Below, in pieces: positions 8,303 to 16,997 of a stretch of DNA of 64,000 nt. The notes below the pieces were generated by a model that was not told the DNA's origin, made no database searches, and was given only the letters and a program-made list of their open reading frames with translations. This DNA comes from Desulfomonilia bacterium (GTDB lineage: Bacteria; Desulfobacterota; Desulfomonilia; UBA1062). Where the stretch lies: positions 224,001 to 288,000 of the forward strand of contig CAXXDQ010000008.1 of the NCBI GenBank assembly GCA_963664325.2, in the 5' to 3' direction. Made by a program: the position numbers and the translations under genes. How positions within the stretch are numbered: position 1 is the first letter of the stretch; every line of letters begins with the position of its first letter.

Positions 8303-10000
8303 TTATAGTATCACTTGAATTTCAGCCCCTGCTGTTGCATCTTTTAAGACAATCCAGGTAATTTTACCGTCAACGTAATAACCGCACGGCAGGGCGGCAA
8401 GCTCCTCCATACTTGAAACTTTTGCAAACTCTATACCAGAACCGGACTGTACTATCTGCGGAACAGGTTCGCCATAAACCCTGAATAAAAGAGAACGTTT
8501 AGTTGGTGTTGATTTTAAAGTCAGTGAGTTTTTATTTTTTACATAAGAAATTAGCGAACCTTTTTCCATTTCCTCATAAAGGCCGAACTTTTTTTCACCT
8601 TTTTCCGGATATACGAGGATGGTCGTAAAATCTTTTGAAAGTGCGGTTCCATATCCAGTGGCATCATTTGTCACGTTCATGGGTATGATCGCCCCTTTTC
8701 GGATGAAGACGGGGAATTCCGAAAGAGGGAAGTTTATTTTTCTGATGCCTGCAGAGTATTCTTTTGATTCATCCCATAAATAAATCCAGGTTCCAAACGG
8801 GAAAACAACGGTTCTGTCGTTGCCGGTTTCATAGAAGGGAGCCACCAGGATATCATCCCCGAGAAGGTAGGTGTAAATACCGGCCTGGGGCCTCATCGTG
8901 GGTTTGTCCAGTTCGTATGAGTATGCGGCCTGGCTGTAGATGTAGGGGATGAGTTCATGATGGAGAAATACGTATTTTCTGTATATATCAAGGGTTTCAT
9001 CATCAAACATCCAGGGCCTGTGTTCGCCGTTTCCGCCGTTTTCCATAATCGGGCACAGGGCTCCGAGTTGCGCCCAGCGGATGAAAACATCCTTGTAATT
9101 GTTTCCGTCATACCTGAACCCGCCGATGTCCGATCCATAACTGACGAAATTAAACTGGGCCGAACTGAACATGTTGTTGAGAGCATGCTTAAGGCCGCCC
9201 CAGTCATTGTCGTTGTCGCCGACCCATCCTGCGAAGTTGATGTCCCGGCTTGTATACACGAGAGGAAGTCCTATTTTCAGGACCTGGTCATCGACAGGCC
9301 GGGCCATGATCACCCTGTCTTTGCCAAGCCTGGCCCGCGTGTAATCGAAGAAATCACGATAGCACTGGTCACGGTATTCGGCCCATGTGATATATTTGCC
9401 TCCGAAACCTATGGCCGGCAGCAACAGCATCACAAATGGGTCAGTCCCGTCGACCTTCCAGCAGTCGATGCCCATATCCAGTATATTGTCCATCTGACCG
9501 TGCCACCAATTGAGGGCATCGGGATTTGTATAATCGAGAAGGGCGCCTTTGCCGCCCCACCAGGGAACGGTTTTTCCGCTGCTTAAAAAGTAGCCGTTAT
9601 CCTTGCCTTCCTGAAAATTGGAGGCCGTGTCGTTCACAATGCTTGTAGCCCACATGATTACTCTTATGCCCATGCTGTGGAAGAGCTGAACGTAATCCCT
9701 GAGGTCGGGATAAAGGGCCGGATCGGGTATGAATGTATTTGAATCCGTAGCCCAGGGGCGGTCGATAATGGTCGCCCCGACAGGGATGCCGTGGTCAAGG
9801 AAGCCGTTGATATTATTCAGTGTTGATTCCTGTGTCCCGCTGTTTTCCCACACCCAGTGAGTATGCACCCAGACCGGCCAGGCCGGCGGTTCGAGGCTCG
9901 GGTCTTTTTTGTGATCGCAGTTAGAAAACCCTGAAAGTGAGAGGAATACAAAAAATGTTAAAACAGCCGTCACCAGTCTGGTTGTGTTTCTGCTTTTCAT
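8303..10000 (-). CDS. glycoside hydrolase family 31, exported (possibly lipoprotein)
   Basis: IIDRPW, DYTNP, WKVDG (nucleophile), WVGDND (acid/base), SDIGGF, RWAQLG, LIPYIYS, YLLGDDILVAP, PVFIRKGAIIP; N-terminal signal peptide. Confidence 0.9.
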   Translation of the reverse strand: MKSRNTTRLVTAVLTFFVFLSLSGFSNCDHKKDPSLEPPAWPVWVHTHWVWENSGTQESTLNNINGFLDHGIPVGATIIDRPWATDSNTFIPDPALYPDLRDYVQLFHSMGIRVIMWATSIVNDTASNFQEGKDNGYFLSSGKTVPWWGGKGALLDYTNPDALNWWHGQMDNILDMGIDCWKVDGTDPFVMLLLPAIGFGGKYITWAEYRDQCYRDFFDYTRARLGKDRVIMARPVDDQVLKIGLPLVYTSRDINFAGWVGDNDNDWGGLKHALNNMFSSAQFNFVSYGSDIGGFRYDGNNYKDVFIRWAQLGALCPIMENGGNGEHRPWMFDDETLDIYRKYVFLHHELIPYIYSQAAYSYELDKPTMRPQAGIYTYLLGDDILVAPFYETGNDRTVVFPFGTWIYLWDESKEYSAGIRKINFPLSEFPVFIRKGAIIPMNVTNDATGYGTALSKDFTTILVYPEKGEKKFGLYEEMEKGSLISYVKNKNSLTLKSTPTKRSLLFRVYGEPVPQIVQSGSGIEFAKVSSMEELAALPCGYYVDGKITWIVLKDATAGAEIQVIL

Positions 10001-10072
10001 AATTGAGCCCCCTCATATTAAATGCATCTGAACCGGATTGCTTATTAAACAACAAACGCTTCTATTTAGTCC

Positions 10073-10102
10073 ACATTATCAGTATTTATGCCTCTCTGTC
10101 AA
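10073..10102 (-). promoter_or_regulatory. putative sigma70 promoter of the GH31-ceramidase pair
   Basis: TTGACA-N18-TAATGT on the minus strand. Confidence 0.4.
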
Positions 10103-10132
10103 TGGTTGACTCAATTTCAAAGCAAGAGTTGA

Positions 10133-10582
10133 TTATGCCTTCGGAAGAGGAATTATATGATAAGTGCATGTGGATTCCGCTACGGTTTTTCCTGCTTCGT
10201 CAACAGCATTCATATCCAGTATCCAGTCGCCTTTCCCCCTTTCGATAATGGGTGCGATCATTTCGTCCGCCTTTTCCTTTGTTAAATTGAGCTCGCAATG
10301 GATGTCCGTCGATGCAGGTTTGAGAAAACGGATGCCCATCGCCTTGTTTATGGGAATGAAACTTTCCACGCCGTAAGAGGCGAGAAACAGGGCCGCGCCT
10401 GCGACTTCCATGAGCATGAAGTATGTGCCGGCATACACGATTCCCACATGGTTCATGTGCAGGGGGGTTACAGGAACAGTCAAGCGGACATGGCCTTGTT
10501 CAAAGATATCGACTTTAAGGCCGCTGAGCTTGACCCAGGGAATAGTCTCTGTCAGGGCTGCCTTCAGTTCATCATTATTCAT
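10133..10582 (-). CDS. hotdog-fold thioesterase (PaaI/YiiD C-terminal/DUF4442-like)
   Basis: HMNHVGIVYAG...E.AG and IRFLKPA. Start moved to ATG 10582, which follows AAGGAG. Confidence 0.82.
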   Translation of the reverse strand: MNNDELKAALTETIPWVKLSGLKVDIFEQGHVRLTVPVTPLHMNHVGIVYAGTYFMLMEVAGAALFLASYGVESFIPINKAMGIRFLKPASTDIHCELNLTKEKADEMIAPIIERGKGDWILDMNAVDEAGKTVAESTCTYHIIPLPKA

Positions 10583-10690
10583 TTTTAATCTCCTTGATAT
10601 TATTCCATCATGCGTTATTGACATATTATTGTTTCCAATTAATTTAACAATAGCTATAATTTGATAATTCTAACTATGAGGTGGGGAGTT

Positions 10691-12259
10691 ATGAGACAAC
10701 AAAGAAATATTATTTTTGCAGTTATGATCTTGTCCCTGGTTTTTCTTTCCGGATGTTCGAGTTCGGGTGGCGGAGACGATTCACCTGCATCTGCTGAAGC
10801 AATGACAACTGAAGGAACTTTCCTTGCGGGTGCCGCTATAAAGGTGCTTGTCCCTAAGGACAATCCCGATTGGTATCAGGAAGTCTGCCTCGGCGGGTTT
10901 GGAATACTGGGTGTGAGAAATTGGGGCAAACTTATTATTGCACGGGCAAAGGGTGTACACGATGCACCGTATGCCAGGGCCATGGTGGTGGAACAGGGCG
11001 GCAGCAAGATAGCCTTTCTGGTGATTGACGCGGCCATGATAAGCAATAACGTGATTCGTGATATAACCGATGGGGCAGCTGCAAGGACTGATATCCCTTC
11101 GAAGAACATCCTCGTTGCAGTAACCCATTCACATTCGTCTCTCGACCTGCTGGGTTATATGGGAGGCGTATCTCCGGAATACAGGAAGTTCCTGGTCGAC
11201 GCTTCGATCCAGACGGTGGTGGACGCAAACGATGACAAGACCCCTTCCAGGCTGCTGGTTTCACAGACCCAGTACCAGCCATCGGTCATAAGGAAAGAAA
11301 ACGGCGAGAATGCAAAGAAAAACGGTGCAGACCTGAAATGGGTCTACAACCGCAGGGGCTGGACTACGCTAAACGAAGAGGATGCGGACAAGGAAAGGTC
11401 AGAAGGTTTCAAGCCGAACTTTACGCATCCGGATGTGGATTTTACGATCAACGTTCTTGAGGCTGTCGACATTGAAACAGGCCAGCCGAAGGGCGTGATG
11501 ATAAACTATGCCTGCCATCCTGTCATCGTGACCGACGATTCGAGCGATATTTCCAGGGATTTCTGTGGCTACCTTGTCGATTACGTTCAGAAACGGATCC
11601 ATGCCCCGGCAATATTCATTCAGGGAACCCAGGGCGATGTAAACCCGGGGGACTGGGAAGATTTCGACGCCAATAAGGAAAACTGCTACGGTTTTGCAAG
11701 GCAGTTAGGCGAAGATGTTGCGAAACAGGCCCTTCAGGCCATGACTGAGGAGCAGGTTCCAATAGGAAACGGGATTCATTTTGAAAGGAGTTCTGTACCT
11801 GTTTCGATCGACAACCCTCTGTTCCTTCTCCTTCTTTACATTCAGCGTTCGTTGATAGACATGTCATTCACTGGCAAAAACCAGGCCGAGGCCCTTGTAA
11901 CTTACATCAGGCTCGGAAAGGAACTGCAAATCGCGGCGTATCCCGGCGAAGCGGTTACACACATGGGTCTTGGCATAATGGAAGGGGACCATGTGGGAAA
12001 GGACGGCTCTCCCATAAAGCCGATTGAAGGGGCCAAACAGGTCATGAAGGCACCTTTTAAAATGGTAACCGCCCTGACCGGTGACGCTCTGCTTTATCTT
12101 GTGCCATCCGCCGAATGGGAAAATTCCCCGGACCCGATGCCCGGAGTATTTGGCACCCCTTACGAGGAGCAGATGAGCATGTCGTTAAACGGCGTATTCG
12201 CAGATGACCTCCGCAATACCGTCAACAGTATGATAAAGGCGGATACAGGAATACAGTAG
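10691..12259 (+). CDS. neutral/alkaline ceramidase-like lipoprotein (second, divergent copy)
   Basis: Lipobox LSGC; GVHDAPYARA, THSHS, NYACHP, ISRDF.G, QGTQGDVNP, PGEA, YEEQMS; ATG 10691 follows GGGGAG. Confidence 0.8.
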   Translation: MRQQRNIIFAVMILSLVFLSGCSSSGGGDDSPASAEAMTTEGTFLAGAAIKVLVPKDNPDWYQEVCLGGFGILGVRNWGKLIIARAKGVHDAPYARAMVVEQGGSKIAFLVIDAAMISNNVIRDITDGAAARTDIPSKNILVAVTHSHSSLDLLGYMGGVSPEYRKFLVDASIQTVVDANDDKTPSRLLVSQTQYQPSVIRKENGENAKKNGADLKWVYNRRGWTTLNEEDADKERSEGFKPNFTHPDVDFTINVLEAVDIETGQPKGVMINYACHPVIVTDDSSDISRDFCGYLVDYVQKRIHAPAIFIQGTQGDVNPGDWEDFDANKENCYGFARQLGEDVAKQALQAMTEEQVPIGNGIHFERSSVPVSIDNPLFLLLLYIQRSLIDMSFTGKNQAEALVTYIRLGKELQIAAYPGEAVTHMGLGIMEGDHVGKDGSPIKPIEGAKQVMKAPFKMVTALTGDALLYLVPSAEWENSPDPMPGVFGTPYEEQMSMSLNGVFADDLRNTVNSMIKADTGIQ

Positions 12260-12275
12260 AAAAAAATCAACCAGG

Positions 12276-12320
12276 TCTAGCCCTGTTGCTGATATATATA
12301 ATTGTTGCGACAGGGCTGGA
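12276..12320. other. long-stem hairpin between convergent genes
   Basis: TCTAGCCCTGTTGC / GCGACAGGGCTGGA 14-bp stem with G-U pairs, AT-rich loop, no U tract. Confidence 0.55.
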
Positions 12321-12368
12321 CAATGACCACCATTTTATAACAGCTATGGTTTCAAAGCAGAAGAATCG

Positions 12369-12890
12369 TTAAAGCGATAATGTCAGCACCAGGTTATCAC
12401 CCTTTACAATAACGTTCTTTAAAACCATCCTGGCCATATTTTGCCTGTAATCGTCAGGATTGAGCGTATACAGCGGGGTGTCGCCTAACATGCCGTTGAC
12501 TATCATTGATATAAAACCCATAAGCTTGTCCTTGCCTGTGAACCCGCCTGCATTGTCCATGGTTATATCGGTAAGTTCAAAATTGCTCATGTAAAAGGAT
12601 TTATTCTCCGGTTTGTAGACAGGTTTGCATTTAAAGCTAACATTTCCGCTGATCCCTGTTAAAAGCAGGTTTGCAGAATATTGCAGGGCCAGTCCGATGC
12701 TGTCGTCCTTGAAAAACACACGTGGTGAATAAAGCCTGATATTTACAAGAGCGGCATTCTTTTCAATCGGGAATTTCTTATCCGCCATTTTCTGGATATC
12801 CGCCTTCGATATGCTGATTTCCCTGTCAAGGCCTTTGCATCCGAGAAAGGCCAGCAGCACCAGCATTATAACCGGCATCATCTGTTTCAT
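12369..12890 (-). CDS. DUF1439 (YceB-like) lipoprotein
   Basis: Lipobox FLGC; ISKADIQK...KKFPIEK, PVYKPE..SFY, TPLYTL. Confidence 0.75.
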   Translation of the reverse strand: MKQMMPVIMLVLLAFLGCKGLDREISISKADIQKMADKKFPIEKNAALVNIRLYSPRVFFKDDSIGLALQYSANLLLTGISGNVSFKCKPVYKPENKSFYMSNFELTDITMDNAGGFTGKDKLMGFISMIVNGMLGDTPLYTLNPDDYRQNMARMVLKNVIVKGDNLVLTLSL

Positions 12891-12913
12891 TTCAGTTCAT
12901 CGTCATCAGCACT

Positions 12914-13501
12914 TTATCTTTGGGATTTGCCCTGGCGGCTGAAATCGCTCAATTCGGAAGCAAGCCTGTCAATCTTGCTGCCGTAGGCAGGGTCTTTGGC
13001 CCATTTCCCCGAAAGCTGGAATACATATACGGCACTCCCTTTTTTGACATTGTTAAACCTCGGATCGACAATTTTGTTCTTAGGGGGATCGGTTGTGGCG
13101 TATGCCTTGAGATGCTGTATGTGAGCCCTGACGCCGATGCGCATGTCCTCGAAGGATTCTCCCGTGGTCTTTGAATTGAAAACGCCGAGCCCGCAAAAAT
13201 TATTCTGTTCCGGCAGGGCGGTTCCGCCGAATGAAAGGAAACCTGTCTCAATGCACATCTGTGCAAAAGCCACATCCTGATTGATGTTTTCCGCGCGGGC
13301 CTCTTCCAGGTAGATAAGCGCGATCTCATAGGCCAGATTCCTGTCGACACGGCTGTTTTTCATAATGAGGAATTGTGACATGTCATCAGCCTGCGCCGTG
13401 CCCGGGCCTTCTATCCTGTGCGTGGCGTGTGAACAGGCAGCGAGAATGGTAAAACAGACAACAAGCATGAAATTCAATGGATTGAAATTTTGATTTTTCA
13501 T
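12914..13501 (-). CDS. GH73 glucosaminidase-domain lipoprotein
   Basis: Lipobox LAAC; AQMCIETG, NNFCGLG, HIQHLKAYA, WAKDPAYG. Confidence 0.85.
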   Translation of the reverse strand: MKNQNFNPLNFMLVVCFTILAACSHATHRIEGPGTAQADDMSQFLIMKNSRVDRNLAYEIALIYLEEARAENINQDVAFAQMCIETGFLSFGGTALPEQNNFCGLGVFNSKTTGESFEDMRIGVRAHIQHLKAYATTDPPKNKIVDPRFNNVKKGSAVYVFQLSGKWAKDPAYGSKIDRLASELSDFSRQGKSQR

Positions 13502-13806
13502 AAATTCAATATCGGACGGATATTTAAAAAAATCCAGTCTAAGATTTAAGTTATAAAAAAATTTTATCTGATATTTGCAGCGATGGAATCCAAGGTCCTC
13601 TGGTATGCCGCAATCATGTTTGGATCAATCTGAATTTAATGAATGCAGGTGTTCATCAAATTCTAATAAAGCTGCTGCGGGACTAAATGGCGGTTGTAAT
13701 TAATTGTGATGTCTCAATATTTTATACAAACATCCCAAAAGTATAAAACCTTGCCGTTCACATCGCAGCATAAAAACAGGGCAACACCCAGTAATTGATG
13801 AACTTT

Positions 13807-14631
13807 TCACTTCCTGGCCCATACCTGGGTTTGCACCGCCTGGGCCACAACGGTAATGTCATCGGTTCCAATGCGCTCGAGTTCTCTGGCAAGCCCGTTC
13901 ATTTCCTGCTGTGTTATGATCTTTGTTTTAACGAGAACAGGGGCGAGTTCATACAGAGTATATTCCCAGTAGCGCTTGGGCTCTCCGGTGCTGTATCTGG
14001 GCTGATATGAGTTTACATGGGGTTCTGAATACCCCGTGACCTTGAACATCTCCGGCAGGTGATAACCGGTCCTGTAATCGGCCCTGCGGTTTTTGCCCAG
14101 CGCCTGCAGCAGCGAAACCATTTTTTCATATTCTTTTGTGAACGGGTCGCTGTATATGCTCGCCATGTCTATATCCTCACAAACGAGTACGCCACCGGGC
14201 TTCACGAGCGCGCTCATTTCTCCAAGCGCCTTTTCGGGGTGCTGAAGATGAGACAAAACCGACCTGCAATACACCATATCAAAAAATTCATGCTTGAGGC
14301 CCGGCGAATAGACATCCGCTTCGACAAACCGGATATTATCCAGCCCCTGGTTGAGGGCCTCTTGACAGGCGACAAGAAGCTGTTCCTGTATCAGATCGGC
14401 CCCGATCGCCATACCCTGAGGTCCGATACGCCTGGCGATAAAGCGTGTTACAATGCCGGGTCCGCAGCCGAAATCGACAACTTTCATACCTGGTTCAAGG
14501 CCGATTTCTGTAAGCAGGCGTTCCGTGCCGGCCCCATATACTTCATGCAGAAGTTTCAGCCGCTTCTCGCCCGCACGTCCTGTTTCAAGGACATAGAATT
14601 CATCTTTGTTTTCTGTTTTATTATCTTCCAT
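13807..14631 (-). CDS. class I SAM-dependent methyltransferase
   Basis: VVDFGCGPG, FDMVYCR, VKPGG; GAGGAG RBS. Confidence 0.9.
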   Translation of the reverse strand: MEDNKTENKDEFYVLETGRAGEKRLKLLHEVYGAGTERLLTEIGLEPGMKVVDFGCGPGIVTRFIARRIGPQGMAIGADLIQEQLLVACQEALNQGLDNIRFVEADVYSPGLKHEFFDMVYCRSVLSHLQHPEKALGEMSALVKPGGVLVCEDIDMASIYSDPFTKEYEKMVSLLQALGKNRRADYRTGYHLPEMFKVTGYSEPHVNSYQPRYSTGEPKRYWEYTLYELAPVLVKTKIITQQEMNGLARELERIGTDDITVVAQAVQTQVWARK

Positions 14632-15037
14632 AACGTCTCCTCGCTACTGGCGGTTTCGCCTTACTTTCATCCCCCTTGCTACTGAAAACGGTAAAAAACA
14701 GGTTTAAACCCGCCAGTCCTTGCGGCTTGACGCATATCAGCCGGAATCCGGCTATGATCATGCAGCAGGATGCATAGATGAGGGATGCTCCAGTGACAGG
14801 CTCTGGGATGATGACAAACTTGGCGACGGGTTTGTGAACAAAGCCGAGAAGCACCGTCACAGATAAACTGGAAAATAGAACGAGCATAACAGGGAATATT
14901 AAAGCAACAGTATAAAGCGATATATGCGAAGTCCCATAAAGAAGGGCTATAAAGACAGGAAAAATCTGGTCGGCTTTTATGCTTGGACTAAATTCCCGGC
15001 CTCTATTTTCACTCATATAATTTGCAATGATCGGCAT
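14621..15037 (-). pseudogene. probable degenerate fragment of an NCS2 xanthine/uracil permease
   Basis: LGFVHKPVAKFVIIPEPVTGASLIYASCCMIIAGFRLI matches the NCS2 C-terminal LG..PK.....IP.PV.GA......MI..G..I pattern, but the ORF is only 138 aa. Confidence 0.4.
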
Positions 15038-15145
15038 CTGTAAAAAAATAAATAAAACAGGATCGAAAAACGAGATTTCCGGAGGTTTGAAAACGGATTT
15101 GTAAAGTGCAGAGAAGGCGCCAAAATATATGCCCGAGTTTTCTTA

Positions 15146-15174
15146 TTGAACCCCCAGTAGACTGTGTGTACACT
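15146..15174 (+). promoter_or_regulatory. sigma70 promoter (extended -10) of the FAD oxidoreductase
   Basis: TTGAAC-N17-TACACT preceded by TGTG. Confidence 0.55.
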
Positions 15175-15227
15175 GAGAATTACAGTTCAAGCTCATTGCA
15201 TCGAATACAATTCACGGGAGGACACAT

Positions 15228-16760
15228 ATGAAAGCCATAATAATCGGGTCCGGGCTTTCAGGGTTAACGGCGGGCGCATACCTTGCGAAACTGGGCTGTG
15301 AAGTGACCGTTCTTGAGCAGAACTCAGATATAGGCGGCGTAACAGCGGGTATATCGCGGGACGGATTCTCATGGGATCTGGGTCAGCTCATAATGGAGGG
15401 CTTCGGACCAGGAGAGCAGGCCGGATATATACTCGAGGACCTGGGCATCATGGACGAGGTGATAACACGGCGCAGCGACCGCACCTATATATTCCCTGAT
15501 ATCACCATACGCAGGCCCGATGAATACGGCGGTCCATGGTGGCGCAAGGAGTTCTTCAAATCACGCTTCCCCGGAGAACAAAAAGGCATCGAAAGGTATT
15601 ACCGGATGTATGTAAGGTTCATGGAATTAATAACACTGGCACGTAGGGCCGAACGAGCTGAGGGGGCGGCATCGGTTTTGCTTAAGATCCGCCTATACGC
15701 CAAGCTTCTGCCTTTTCTGCCGCAAATAAGATGGAGCGCCAGGAAGATGGTCGGTAAGCTCTTCAGGGACGAGACGCTGCAGGCCGTTTTCATATCGATA
15801 CTTGCGGACTTCGTAGTGAAGCCGTCCCAGTTCCCCGGAATAGGGATTGCGGCGGTCAACCCCGAGCCTGCTTTTGACAGCCGCGTGCCTCTTACGGTTT
15901 CAAGCACAGGGCTTCAGCCCAGTTACCGCTGTATCGAGGGCGGTATACGACCTCTGGTTGATGCCCTTGCACGGAAGATAAGACGCCACGGCGGAAAAAT
16001 TCAAACCGGCGTCGAGGTTCAGAAGATAATGCACAAAGACGGTATGGTGCAAGGAGTTGTCTCCTCAAATGATAACGTTTATGAGGCGGATATAGTTGTT
16101 GCCAGCGGCGGAGCCCGGGAGCTCTTCTATGACCTCCTGGGACGTGAGTATCTCCCGGAAAAATTCATACACCGCATCGAGACCATGAAGTTCATGGAAT
16201 CAATCCTCATGGTCCACCTCGGAATCGACTTCGACCCCCGTCCCTGGCAGAAGGACGCCGTGTGCTACTACTACCTTACCAGGGATATCGAACATGCCGT
16301 GGACAACGTCCAATCGGGAAAGTATCACGAGGGAAAGGACGGATTTCTTATCTTCGTACCCACTTATTACACGCCGGACATGGCCCCGGCAGGACACCAT
16401 GCCGTGACAGTGTACACCATTGCGCCCAACAACCTGTCCGGGGCGGCATGGGAGGACAGGAAGGAGGAGATGGCCGACAAGCTCCTGGAGCTTGCCGAGG
16501 GGATAATCCCGGGCCTTCGCGCACATGCGAGCGTTAAGATTATCCTTACACCTGATGACTGGAAAAGGATTACGCACCTGAAGCACCATGCCTTCGGAGG
16601 CTGCGCACCGGTGATGGGTACCAAGGGCGCCCCTCACCGAACTCCGGTCAGGGGATTGTACTTTGTCGGTGCACAGAGCGAGAGCGGCGCGGGCATAAAC
16701 AACATCCTGGAAGGTACGTGGAGGGCGGTGAGGATGGTTAGGAAGGATTTCCGCCTGTAG
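15228..16760 (+). CDS. phytoene desaturase/retinol saturase family FAD-dependent oxidoreductase
   Basis: IIGSGLSGL..GA, VLEQ...GG, EGG...LVDAL, LTPDD, RTPVRGLYFVG; GGGAGG RBS. Confidence 0.88.
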   Translation: MKAIIIGSGLSGLTAGAYLAKLGCEVTVLEQNSDIGGVTAGISRDGFSWDLGQLIMEGFGPGEQAGYILEDLGIMDEVITRRSDRTYIFPDITIRRPDEYGGPWWRKEFFKSRFPGEQKGIERYYRMYVRFMELITLARRAERAEGAASVLLKIRLYAKLLPFLPQIRWSARKMVGKLFRDETLQAVFISILADFVVKPSQFPGIGIAAVNPEPAFDSRVPLTVSSTGLQPSYRCIEGGIRPLVDALARKIRRHGGKIQTGVEVQKIMHKDGMVQGVVSSNDNVYEADIVVASGGARELFYDLLGREYLPEKFIHRIETMKFMESILMVHLGIDFDPRPWQKDAVCYYYLTRDIEHAVDNVQSGKYHEGKDGFLIFVPTYYTPDMAPAGHHAVTVYTIAPNNLSGAAWEDRKEEMADKLLELAEGIIPGLRAHASVKIILTPDDWKRITHLKHHAFGGCAPVMGTKGAPHRTPVRGLYFVGAQSESGAGINNILEGTWRAVRMVRKDFRL

Positions 16761-16997
16761 GGTTGTCCTCCTGACCGTGTTGCGGCAGAGGCTTTTTATC
16801 GAAACCCATCAGACGGCGCGATTCGAACCCGTACATAAATCAGCAGTCGAATTGCCTTAAGGAACATCAGGCCTGTTGATTCGTACCTCTTTATGGTGCA
16901 CCGAATCGTTCCTCACTTGACAGAAGCGTTTTAATGAGAGACCTTTTGTCTTGCGCAGTTCATTCAGCCAGTTTTCATGAATTTAACGGAGGTTGAA

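Noticed and set aside
15155-15175. TetR-like operator CAGTAGAC-N5-GTACACTG over the -10 box
   Set aside because: Only 6 of 8 positions are symmetric and no regulator is nearby; too weak to call.
15228-16760. Carotenoid biosynthesis (crtI)
   Set aside because: No crtB or crtE neighbours; the family also includes non-carotenoid saturases.
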